In this document: piece by piece, positions 51,449-60,037 of the stretch
Numbering within the stretch: position 1 is the first letter of the stretch
Layout: every line of letters starts with the position of its first letter
Assembly (NCBI GenBank): GCA_030765185.1
Contig: JAVCDE010000002.1
Span: 853 to 64,852 of the forward strand
DNA length: 64,000 nucleotides
Source: Candidatus Aceula meridiana
Lineage (GTDB): Bacteria > Omnitrophota > Gorgyraeia > Zapsychrales > Aceulaceae
Reading direction: 5' to 3'
Translations under genes and position numbers: made by a program
The notes under the pieces: generated by a model
Seen by the model: only the letters and a program-made list of their open reading frames with translations
What the model was told of the DNA's origin: nothing
The model's database searches: none

Positions 51449-52452
51449 AAAAAACAAATTCCAAAATAAAAGCCATCGGCATGATTTCAGGCGGATTAGA
51501 CAGCGCTCTTGTAGTCAAAATTATCAAAGATTTGGGTGTTGAAGTCTTTGGGCTGCATTTTACATTGCCCTGGAACGTTGGCAAACATCCAAAGGCTACA
51601 GATATTGCCGATCAACTTGGCGTTCCTCTTAAAATTATTTTTCTCGAAGAAAGTTTCTTAAAAATGATCCAATCTCCAAAACATGGTTACGGTTCCGCGT
51701 TTAATCCTTGCGTAGACTGCCGAGCCTTTAATCTTGCAGCTGCAAAAAAATATATGGAAGAGATTGGTGCAGAATTTGTTTTTACCGGTGAAGTTTTAGG
51801 GCAACGTCCAATGTCTCAAATGAAAAATAGCCTTCGTAAAGTTGAAAACGATAGCGGTCTTGTTGGCCGTCTGTTGCGGCCACTGTCTGCAAAATTACTT
51901 GAGCCAACAATTCCAGAACAGGAAGGAAAAATAGATCGCAATAAATTGTTTTCTTTTTCCGGGCGGTCCCGAAGCGAACTTCAGCAAATGGGAAGAGACT
52001 ACAGCATCGTAGACTATATTCCACCAGGAGGCGGTTGTCTGCTAACAGATAAAAACTTTGGAAACCGCCTGCGAGATTCTTTTCAACACGGATACCGCGA
52101 TTTAAACGATATCATCAGCCTGCGGTGGGGAAAGCATTTTCGCCTTTCTCCTAAATTTAAAGCCATTGTCGGACGTAATGATTACGAAAACCGAAAGATT
52201 ATTGAACATGCGCATAATGATGATTTTATTTTTATTCTCGCAGATGAAAATCCGGGACCAACAATTATTCTAAGGGGAGAGAATCCAGACGATAAGACCC
52301 GCGTAATGGCCGCCCTTCTAGTTAAAAAATACTCAAAGTTTCGAAATAATGAAACAAAAGTTATCTTTTGGCAAAAAAAAGACCCACAAAACACTCAAGT
52401 ATTGCTTCCTAAACCCATTGCTGAAAAAAGTCTAGCCTCTTTTAAAATTTAA
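51445..52452 (+). CDS. tRNA thiolation-type PP-loop ATPase (ThiI/MnmA-like) with DUF814/NFACT-R tail
   Basis: SGGLDS, NPCVDC, GEVLGQRPMSQ, GGCLLTD, IVGRN..EN. Confidence 0.8.
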   Translation: MKKTNSKIKAIGMISGGLDSALVVKIIKDLGVEVFGLHFTLPWNVGKHPKATDIADQLGVPLKIIFLEESFLKMIQSPKHGYGSAFNPCVDCRAFNLAAAKKYMEEIGAEFVFTGEVLGQRPMSQMKNSLRKVENDSGLVGRLLRPLSAKLLEPTIPEQEGKIDRNKLFSFSGRSRSELQQMGRDYSIVDYIPPGGGCLLTDKNFGNRLRDSFQHGYRDLNDIISLRWGKHFRLSPKFKAIVGRNDYENRKIIEHAHNDDFIFILADENPGPTIILRGENPDDKTRVMAALLVKKYSKFRNNETKVIFWQKKDPQNTQVLLPKPIAEKSLASFKI

Positions 52453-52572
52453 TTCTTATTAAATAAAAGCTTTACACGCGCCTGAAATATATTAAAATAA
52501 TGCCTAATTGTTGAGCATGTCTTGCTTGCAAAAATCTTACCACTTTAATCATTAACATAAGGAGGAAGGGCA

Positions 52573-54213
52573 ATGCTAAGATTATCCAAAACGAATGATG
52601 CCCTTGGAACCGTTAATCGCGGAGATCCTTGCGAGTCAGGTTTATGCACATTATGCCGTGCGGATTGTAAAGGCAAATGTGAAACCTGGCTTTCGAGTTT
52701 AAAGGGGAGAAAACTTCTTTATCCGAGAGACTTCGGTGCTATTACTGCCGGAAGCGCTAACATCCAACACGTTGGGGTGACATACAATAACCTTCGTGTT
52801 CAAGGTTACAACTATGGCGCACATGGCCTATCGGATGGTCTTTCAAGTTCAGAAGATGATTGTATTTTTCCAAATGTCAGCATTGAAACTGAATTTGGAA
52901 AAAATGTAAAAACAAAAGCTCGCATTCCTATTATGACCGGTGCTTTGGGCTCAACATTCATCGCAGCAAAATATTGGGAATCATTCTCAATCGGCGCAGC
53001 CCTTTGCGGATATCCCATTGTTGTTGGTGAAAATGTTGTTGGCGTTGATAAAAAATCTGAACTCTCAAATGGAAAAATCACTAAAGCTCCTGAACTTGAC
53101 CGACGCATCGATACTTTTTTACGCTATTACGATGGGTACGGTGCCATTATTGTTCAGTTAAATGTTGAAGATACTCGAAACGGCGTTGCCGAATACGTTG
53201 TTGATAAATACGGTGACAAAGTTATTATTGAGCTGAAGTGGGGACAAGGCGCCAAGGATATCGGCGGTGAAATTCAGGTCACCTCTTTAGACTACGCACT
53301 CTTCCTAAAAGACAGAGGTTATGTTGTTGATCCTGATCCTCGCCTTAAAGAAGTTCAAGAAGCGTTTAAGCATGGCGCTATTAAATCTTTTGCCCGTCAT
53401 AGCCGATTGGGCTATACCAGCCTTTCGTCTGAGCCAGAAGTTCGCAAAAGCTTTATGGATTCTGTAGCTTACTTAAGAAAGCTTGGCTATAAGAGAATCT
53501 CGCTTAAAACCGGTTCTTACGGAATGGAAGCATTGGCTATGTCGATTAAATACGCGACAGATGCTAAACTGGATCTTCTAACAATTGATGGTTCTGGCGG
53601 CGGAACAGGCATGAGCCCATGGAACATGATGGAAAGCTGGGGAGTACCATCTATTCATCTACATTCTAAAGCTTACGAATATGCCAACATCCTTAAAGAA
53701 AAAGGCAAGGATGTTGTGGACATGGCTTTTGCTGGCGGCTTGGCCAAAGAAGATCAAATCTTTAAAGCCATTGCTTTAGGCTCACCGTTTACAAAATTAG
53801 TCTGTATGGGCCGCTCGTTAATGATCCCCGGTTATTTAGGGTCAAACATCGAAGGCGTATTCCATCCAGACAGAAAAGAAAAATTAAACGGGAATTGGGA
53901 TGAGCTTCCCGCAGCAGTTAAAGAATGCGGTACGTCTCCAGAAGAAATCTTTGCCGGTTACTATGATGTTCAAAAGAAAGTCGGTAAAGACGAAATGAAA
54001 AATATCCCGTTAGGCGCAATTGCCAACTGGACGGCTGTGGATAAACTAGCTGCAGGACTTCAGCAGTTAATGGCTGGAGCGAGAAAATTCACGCTTAAAA
54101 AAGTTTCCCGTGATGATCTATTCTCAGCCAACCGTGATACTGAGGCCATTACCGGCATTCCGTTTATCACTGACGTTATGGATAAAGAAGCAAAGAAGAT
54201 TCTAAAGTCATAA
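52573..54213 (+). CDS. Stand-alone FMN-binding glutamate synthase family protein (archaeal GltB2-like)
   Basis: N-terminal CESGLCTLCRADCKGKCE, ELKWGQGAKDIGGE, DGSGGGTGMSP, MGR. Strong RBS. Confidence 0.85.
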   Translation: MLRLSKTNDALGTVNRGDPCESGLCTLCRADCKGKCETWLSSLKGRKLLYPRDFGAITAGSANIQHVGVTYNNLRVQGYNYGAHGLSDGLSSSEDDCIFPNVSIETEFGKNVKTKARIPIMTGALGSTFIAAKYWESFSIGAALCGYPIVVGENVVGVDKKSELSNGKITKAPELDRRIDTFLRYYDGYGAIIVQLNVEDTRNGVAEYVVDKYGDKVIIELKWGQGAKDIGGEIQVTSLDYALFLKDRGYVVDPDPRLKEVQEAFKHGAIKSFARHSRLGYTSLSSEPEVRKSFMDSVAYLRKLGYKRISLKTGSYGMEALAMSIKYATDAKLDLLTIDGSGGGTGMSPWNMMESWGVPSIHLHSKAYEYANILKEKGKDVVDMAFAGGLAKEDQIFKAIALGSPFTKLVCMGRSLMIPGYLGSNIEGVFHPDRKEKLNGNWDELPAAVKECGTSPEEIFAGYYDVQKKVGKDEMKNIPLGAIANWTAVDKLAAGLQQLMAGARKFTLKKVSRDDLFSANRDTEAITGIPFITDVMDKEAKKILKS

Positions 54214-54230
54214 ACCTTTCTTTAGCTTTA

Positions 54231-54269
54231 TAAAAAAGCCCGCCATCTTCAAGATGACGGGCTTTTTTA
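54231..54269. terminator. Bidirectional rho-independent terminator
   Basis: taaaaaagcccgccatct-tca-agatgacgggctttttta between convergent genes. Confidence 0.85.
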
Positions 54270-54288
54270 TATATAAAATATTTTAGAT

Positions 54289-54525
54289 TTACTTAAGCAG
54301 ATTCGCTTCCATCCAATTGATAATATCATTAGATTCGTAAAGTGCTTTACCGTCGATAACAAGGCAAGGGACTTGGGATTTCTGTCCAATCTCAATTAAT
54401 TCGCTTCGTACTGCATCATTTTCATGAATATTTTTTTTGGGAACTTCGAGAGTATGTTCTTCCATAAATGCTAAAACTCGCCCGCAAAAAGGGCAACCTG
54501 GAAAATAATAAAGTGTTAAATTCAT
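54289..54525 (-). CDS. Glutaredoxin-family protein
   Basis: CPFC active site; QVPCL.IDG..LYES.DI. Confidence 0.9.
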   Translation of the reverse strand: MNLTLYYFPGCPFCGRVLAFMEEHTLEVPKKNIHENDAVRSELIEIGQKSQVPCLVIDGKALYESNDIINWMEANLLK

Positions 54526-54572
54526 TCTGCACCTCTATCTGTTTTGTCCTCTCCGCAGAAATTTCTTCTGCT

Positions 54573-55547
54573 TCAAGGATGTTCGCCCTGGCTTCGCCTT
54601 TGGGCTCCATTTTTATGAATCAATCCTTCAGCAAATTCAATAACCTGATCTTCTAAGCTCTTCTGATAAAAACGATTCATCTCCTGAAGACAAGTAGGGG
54701 AGGTTACATTAATTTCGATTAAGTATTCTCCAATAATATCAATCCCAACAAAATAGAGCCCAAGGCTTCTTAAATGAGGCCGTAAAATATCAATGATTTT
54801 CTGATCGCTTGAAATAATCTCGCAAGCATGAGCGCTTCCACCGGAAAAAAAGTTATTGCGGTGATCACCCTTGGAATGTACACGTAAAATAGCTCCAATA
54901 GGTTCGCCATCTAAGAGGAGAATTCTCTTGTCACCTGTTTTAGCAGCAGTAATATACTTTTGTAAGATAACTTCCTTAGTGCTATTTTGACTCACAGTTT
55001 CAAATGCCACTTTAGCGTTTAAATCCCCTTTTTTGATGTGAAAGATTGAACTCCCGCCATAGAGATTGACAGGCTTAATAATAATTTCTTTCTCTTCGGT
55101 CAAAAATTCATAAAAATGATTTTTATCTCTTGTAACAACAGTTCTTGGGATGATTGAGGTAAATTGTGTAGCCCAAAGTTTTTCATTCACACTTCGGATA
55201 CTGCTAGCTTTATTGATAACCGGAATACTAGCCGGCAATCTATCTAAAAGCCAAGTGTCCATTAAATAAGATTCATTGAAAGGAGGGTCTGTGCGAATAA
55301 AGACGACATCAACATCGTCTTGGCCGATTTCTTTCTTTTCTCGAATAACAAAAGGATTCTGAGGATCTTTTTGCGGAACAACCTCTGTAGCCTTAAAATA
55401 AAGTTTTCCATCCTTTAGCGTGATGCCGCCTTGTGGAACATAGTAAACTTTATGACTTTTAAAATATGCTCCCATCATCAAAGCGAAAGAAGTATCTTTC
55501 TCGTATTTGATACCCTCTAAAAGGTCCATTAAAAAGATAAAATTCAT
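54573..55547 (-). CDS. gshB: Glutathione synthetase
   Basis: KDTSFALM, RTDPPF, NEKL, GDKRI, EINVTSPT. Confidence 0.95.
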   Translation of the reverse strand: MNFIFLMDLLEGIKYEKDTSFALMMGAYFKSHKVYYVPQGGITLKDGKLYFKATEVVPQKDPQNPFVIREKKEIGQDDVDVVFIRTDPPFNESYLMDTWLLDRLPASIPVINKASSIRSVNEKLWATQFTSIIPRTVVTRDKNHFYEFLTEEKEIIIKPVNLYGGSSIFHIKKGDLNAKVAFETVSQNSTKEVILQKYITAAKTGDKRILLLDGEPIGAILRVHSKGDHRNNFFSGGSAHACEIISSDQKIIDILRPHLRSLGLYFVGIDIIGEYLIEINVTSPTCLQEMNRFYQKSLEDQVIEFAEGLIHKNGAQRRSQGEHP

Positions 55548-56806
55548 AATTTCACTGCCTCCAATTCCATAATTTCGCGATGCGCAGCCATACCGGCTAT
55601 ACGCGCCAAGAGTCGATAAACGTCAAAAATATTCATATCATGATGCGTTCCGCAGTCACCGTACTTACGCAGATGTGGACACATTTTTTGAAAATCCATC
55701 CCCTTAGAATTTAAATTATCGCGATCGCTCTTTCCGCTATGAGAACGATAGAATCCACCTATCAAGTTATTATCGATTTGATAAATGCAGACTTCACTAA
55801 TTTTTTGGTCAATCTGATAATGTGTTGGAACTCCTTCTTGAAGAAGATAACGCCGAATAACTTGTGCGCTTTTTCCCTTAAAAAGTTTATTTCGGCTTTT
55901 ACGATTAAGTTCTAGGATTTCCTTTGGGTCTTCAATGGCCATAACACCCATGCCATAAGTTCCCGAATCAGATTTTAAGAATACAAAAGGTTTTTCCTGT
56001 ATTTTATGCTCATCATATTTTATCTGAATGCGCTTAAATAAATCTGATGCCGCATCCATTACCATGTGACGATCCGACTCTTCATTAATATTAACATCAG
56101 CAATCGTTGTGTCCAAACAAGAGAGGAGCCAAGGATCCACATCAATAAGCTGCGCGAATTCTTTAACAAATTCATAATTGTGTCGAAAATGATGTGACTT
56201 TAGACGTGAATGCCAGCCTGCTTGCAAAGAAGGATATATGGGCACACCTGCTTGTTTTAAAACGTCAGGAATACCTGTGGTAAGGTCATTATTTAAAATG
56301 ATAAGATCAAAATGCTTGCGTCCCTCTTGAACATCCTTTAAAATCTTTTTAAAACAAAAAATTTCAATCGGTTTACCCGTCGCTGTTTCTAAAACAACAA
56401 AGCTAGCACTTTGGCAAAATGAAGGCTGAACATCTAAAAATGTTGCCACAATAGCATTAAAACCCGCACGCTCTATGATCTCCTTTAAAACGCGAATATT
56501 TTCCAAATACCATTTATTACGAGTATGCTCTTCGGCAACAATTAAGATATTACGGCCTTGGGGTGCACGCTTAGAAATGGCTTTCTGAATAAATAAAACA
56601 GCATCCGTAACGCCATGCTCACAAATATTATTGAATCCTGCCGGAAAAAGATTGGTGTCAACGACGGCTGCTTTAAATCCTGAATTGCGGATATCGACCG
56701 AAGAATAAAGAGGGAGCTCTTTAGCTGATTCGCTCGCACGTACCCACGCGTAAATTTCTTTTTGATGTCCTAAAACACGCTTAACAATAAAATCCATATC
56801 AATCAT
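55544..56806 (-). CDS. gshA: Glutamate-cysteine ligase, ATP-grasp (GshA 'ferrooxidans') type
   Basis: PLYSSVDIRNSGFK..VDTNLFPAGFNN, E.HTRN..YLEN, LNNDL, GTYGMG, QEGV, GGFYR, NLNS.G. Adjacent to gshB. Confidence 0.88.
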   Translation of the reverse strand: MIDMDFIVKRVLGHQKEIYAWVRASESAKELPLYSSVDIRNSGFKAAVVDTNLFPAGFNNICEHGVTDAVLFIQKAISKRAPQGRNILIVAEEHTRNKWYLENIRVLKEIIERAGFNAIVATFLDVQPSFCQSASFVVLETATGKPIEIFCFKKILKDVQEGRKHFDLIILNNDLTTGIPDVLKQAGVPIYPSLQAGWHSRLKSHHFRHNYEFVKEFAQLIDVDPWLLSCLDTTIADVNINEESDRHMVMDAASDLFKRIQIKYDEHKIQEKPFVFLKSDSGTYGMGVMAIEDPKEILELNRKSRNKLFKGKSAQVIRRYLLQEGVPTHYQIDQKISEVCIYQIDNNLIGGFYRSHSGKSDRDNLNSKGMDFQKMCPHLRKYGDCGTHHDMNIFDVYRLLARIAGMAAHREIMELEAVKL

Positions 56807-57576
56807 GTTCGTAATTTGTATCCTATTTTAAAAAGATAAACAACTAAGCAAAAAACACTAACCGCCAGAATTCCTGCCACTGTCATACACCGCACAATAG
56901 ACGCATCCGAGACTCCGATAACACCATAGCGCATCCCGCTTACCAGATAATACATAGGGTTAAACTGTGTAAAGAATCTTATTTTCTCTGGAATCAAATT
57001 CATCGGATGAAACACACCTCCTAAAAACGTGCAAGGCATAATGATGTACGTATTCCACATCGTAAGCATATTGAAATCTTCAGCCCAAAGAGCTGCCAAC
57101 ATCCCGCAACACGAAAAAATAATAGGAATAAAAATAGCAAAATAGAGGACAACAAAAGGATGAGAAATCGGCATCGGATTAAAAAATAGAGAGACAATTA
57201 AGACACTAGTAATCACAATCGCCGAACGCGTTAAACTTCCTATCAAAATTCCTAAAACCATTTCAAAATAAGAGAGCGGCGAAAGAAGCACTTCTTGAAC
57301 ATGATTATGCCAGCGTGAAATAAAGAGAGAAGAACTGGCATTTTCATACGAACTTGTAATGGCCTGCATCGTCATAAGGCCAGGAATAATAAATGCAAGA
57401 TACGTAATTCCGGCTTCAGATAAGTCAATGCGCTTACCCAAAGTTAGCCCAAAAATACTTAAAAATAATGTTGTAGAAATCAGCGGAGGTATTAGCGTCT
57501 GAGTCGCCACTGACAGAAACCTCGTAATCTCACGTTTTGATAATGCAATTAATCCTGTTGGATTGTTTATTAGCAT
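56803..57576 (-). CDS. ABC-2 type transporter permease (YadH-like)
   Basis: QTLIPPLIS, YLAFIIPGL, FLGGVF, NPMYYLVSGMRYG. Confidence 0.9.
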   Translation of the reverse strand: MLINNPTGLIALSKREITRFLSVATQTLIPPLISTTLFLSIFGLTLGKRIDLSEAGITYLAFIIPGLMTMQAITSSYENASSSLFISRWHNHVQEVLLSPLSYFEMVLGILIGSLTRSAIVITSVLIVSLFFNPMPISHPFVVLYFAIFIPIIFSCCGMLAALWAEDFNMLTMWNTYIIMPCTFLGGVFHPMNLIPEKIRFFTQFNPMYYLVSGMRYGVIGVSDASIVRCMTVAGILAVSVFCLVVYLFKIGYKLRT

Positions 57577-57579
57577 CCT

Positions 57580-58308
57580 TTATTTTCCATTCGTAAGCTC
57601 TAAAAAAACATCTTCGAGCGTTTGATCCTTTAATACATCCTTTTTATCACCGATTTTTACAATATGGCCTTCATGAATAATGCCAATTCTTTCACAAAGG
57701 CGTTCTGCTTCTTCCATGTAATGCGTGGTTAAAAAAATTGTTTTTCCTTCTTTGTTGAGTTGCCGTAAATAATCCCAGATGTGGTACCGAAGCTCTAAAT
57801 CGCATCCCGCTGTTGGCTCATCTAAAATAAGAATTTCAGGGTCATGAATAAGTGCGCGGCACAAAAGAAGGCGTTTTTTCATTCCACCGGAAAGAGTGCG
57901 GTATTTCATATTACGCTTTTCGGTGAGTTGAAACCGATCAAGAAGCTCGTCAGCTCTTTTTTCCGCTAATTTTTGAGGCAGGCCAAAATATCCAGCTTGA
58001 TAAGTAAGCATTCTATGAAGGGGAAGAAAAGGATCAAAATTAAATTCTTGGGCACATAGCCCTACCAACGGGCGGCTGCGGACATATTCACTTGTGACAT
58101 CGTAACCGAAGATCCTTACTTTACCTTCTTGATAATTTGAAAGTCCAGTTACAGTATTAATTGTTGTTGTTTTTCCAGCGCCGTTTGGGCCTAAAAATCC
58201 AAAGAAACTTCCACGCATAATGTCGAATGAAATTTCTTTAAGTGCCTGAAATTTGCCATAATATTTGGATAAATTTTGAATAGATATCGCAACTTCTGAA
58301 TTTCTCAT
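57580..58308 (-). CDS. ABC transporter ATP-binding protein (YadG-like)
   Basis: GPNGAGKTT, LSGGMKKRL, ILDEPTAG, TTHYMEEAE. Confidence 0.93.
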   Translation of the reverse strand: MRNSEVAISIQNLSKYYGKFQALKEISFDIMRGSFFGFLGPNGAGKTTTINTVTGLSNYQEGKVRIFGYDVTSEYVRSRPLVGLCAQEFNFDPFLPLHRMLTYQAGYFGLPQKLAEKRADELLDRFQLTEKRNMKYRTLSGGMKKRLLLCRALIHDPEILILDEPTAGCDLELRYHIWDYLRQLNKEGKTIFLTTHYMEEAERLCERIGIIHEGHIVKIGDKKDVLKDQTLEDVFLELTNGK

Positions 58309-58314
58309 AAAGTC

Positions 58315-58343
58315 ATTATAGGGACGCAGATAAAAAGTGTCAA
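58315..58343 (-). promoter_or_regulatory. Perfect-consensus sigma70 promoter, probably leaderless
   Basis: TTGACA-N17-TATAAT, then 6 nt, then ATG at 58308. Confidence 0.8.
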
Positions 58344-58451
58344 TGAAATGGTAACGCTTTCACAAAAAGCACCTCATCGCCTTGTTTTCTGCATATTACA
58401 TGATATACTTTATAAGAATTTTAAAGTGCTCTTCTTAAAAAATCGTTTACA

Positions 58452-58574
58452 GATTCTCAAAAAAGTAAACCCTCAGTAATGCGGAGGCACGAAGCCAAAG
58501 GTCTCGTCACCTTTTAGTGATGGACCGTAGGTCCTGAAGTTTTATTGCAGAATATCTAGGCTACCGAAAGAGTT
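58452..58574 (+). ncRNA. Divergent GEMM-I (c-di-GMP-I / 3'3'-cGAMP-like) riboswitch
   Basis: GUAAACC-P2 with GUAA tetraloop, GGCACGAAGCC...GGUCCUG...CAG...UAGGCUACCGA. Spacing matches GEMM-I; located in the 5' UTR of a secreted protein. Confidence 0.6.
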
Positions 58575-58677
58575 GACCATATATGAATATATATAAGCCC
58601 TGTCCTTAATTTTTGAAAATAGGGCCTAATTTATCGTACAGGAAAATTTAACAAATATAATATGGGGGGGGGCAAGG

Positions 58678-59889
58678 ATGAACAAAAAATTATTAGTTAT
58701 CACAATTTTAGCTGCAATGTTTCTAGCGACAAGTTCTGGGACAGCATTTAGCAAACCAATTGCTCTTCCAGAAAAAACATTGGAAAGCACTTTTGTCCCT
58801 AAAAATATCTTTTATGTTTCCTGTGATAAGAAATTACTGAATAAGGAGTCGATTGTTGCGGAATATGCACAAGGCACTCTGTTTAATGGCATTCAAGAAG
58901 CTATTGACGCAGCTAGTGCAGGAGACCTTGTCTTTGTTTTGCCGGGCACTTATGAAGAAGCGATTATTTTAAAAGAGGGAGTCTATGTTGTTGGCAGCGG
59001 TTATGACAACACCAAAATAGATGCAACAGGGATCAATACTGAATATGCTGTTATGGGCGCATCATATTCTGTTTTACAAGGATTTCATATTAAGAATGTT
59101 TCAGAAACCGCATCCGTTATCAAGCTTAACAAGGTACGTAATATGAAAATTCTTAACAACATGCTAGTTGGACAAGCCAATTATGGAATCCACATGCAAT
59201 CAAGCGCCTTTAACCTAATTAGTGGCAATGTAATCGGATTTGCGGATGATTCCTTTGAAGATGTTTCTCTCGCTCATGGAATTTATCTTCATGGAAGCTC
59301 TTACAACTCAGTCACAAAAAATAAAATTTTGTCAAATCAGTGGGCGGCTATCCTCGGTCATTACGCACCAAACACTCAAATTCATTACAACCTTATTGCC
59401 CGAAGACAACTTGATGGTGGATCTTCAAGTCATGGGGCCATCTATTTTGTCAATTGTAACAACGCGTCATTAGTTCATAACACAATTATATGCGAAGACA
59501 GCGGCACCGCTACACCCGCGGGAGGACTTGTTATTTATTTCTCTCAAGGCTGCACAATGCTAAACAATATCTCCCTGGGAACACGCTATGGTGTTTTTCT
59601 GGATGGAAACTCACAATTAAGTGCATCTTATAGTACAATTTTTAGTGAAGATCTAATTAATGGAGAACACGTTAAAGTAGGAGAAGGTAGTGTTTTTAAC
59701 GAAGGGTTAGAAGTTTCGTATGAAAACCCAATGGTAAACAAAGAAACCGGAAAACTGTTTTCTGGATCACCTTGCATTGATGCGGCAAAAGTAATAGATT
59801 TTAACGATCCAGACAACACAACTCCTGAAATTGGAGCATTTTATTACTCTGGCGATTCAAAGCCAATGGAGTCAAACGCCATTGAATAA
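58678..59889 (+). CDS. Secreted right-handed parallel beta-helix protein (pectin-lyase/NosD-like fold)
   Basis: Signal peptide, IQEAIDAA..GD.V.V.PGTY.E, repeated GIxL/N.I..N strands, and C-terminal SPCIDA...DPD....IGA. Confidence 0.8.
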   Translation: MNKKLLVITILAAMFLATSSGTAFSKPIALPEKTLESTFVPKNIFYVSCDKKLLNKESIVAEYAQGTLFNGIQEAIDAASAGDLVFVLPGTYEEAIILKEGVYVVGSGYDNTKIDATGINTEYAVMGASYSVLQGFHIKNVSETASVIKLNKVRNMKILNNMLVGQANYGIHMQSSAFNLISGNVIGFADDSFEDVSLAHGIYLHGSSYNSVTKNKILSNQWAAILGHYAPNTQIHYNLIARRQLDGGSSSHGAIYFVNCNNASLVHNTIICEDSGTATPAGGLVIYFSQGCTMLNNISLGTRYGVFLDGNSQLSASYSTIFSEDLINGEHVKVGEGSVFNEGLEVSYENPMVNKETGKLFSGSPCIDAAKVIDFNDPDNTTPEIGAFYYSGDSKPMESNAIE

Positions 59890-59944
59890 GATTCAGCATT
59901 CAAAGAAAGCTTAATAAATTTTAATAATATGGTTAGCGTGAAAC

Positions 59945-59974
59945 GGCCGGCTTGAAACGTCGGCCTTTTTCTTT
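59945..59974 (+). terminator. Rho-independent terminator
   Basis: ggccggc-ttgaaac-gtcggcc followed by tttttcttt. Confidence 0.75.
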
Positions 59975-59998
59975 CATGCAGAGATACTTGACAACATG

Positions 59999-60007
59999 TG
60001 ATATAAT
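59999..60007 (+). promoter_or_regulatory. Extended -10 promoter element
   Basis: TGaTATAAT about 30 nt upstream of the HD-GYP gene. Confidence 0.45.
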
Positions 60008-60037
60008 GCTAATTACCTTTAAAGAAATTTCTAAGAA

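Noticed and set aside
54422-54610. 62-aa minus-strand ORF bridging gshB and glutaredoxin, suggesting a frameshifted fusion
   Set aside because: gshB and grx are each complete, and grx has its own gagg RBS. No slippery site is evident.
59988-60007. Perfect TTGACA and TATAAT hexamers as one promoter
   Set aside because: The spacer is only 8 nt. Only the extended -10 (TGnTATAAT) was kept.
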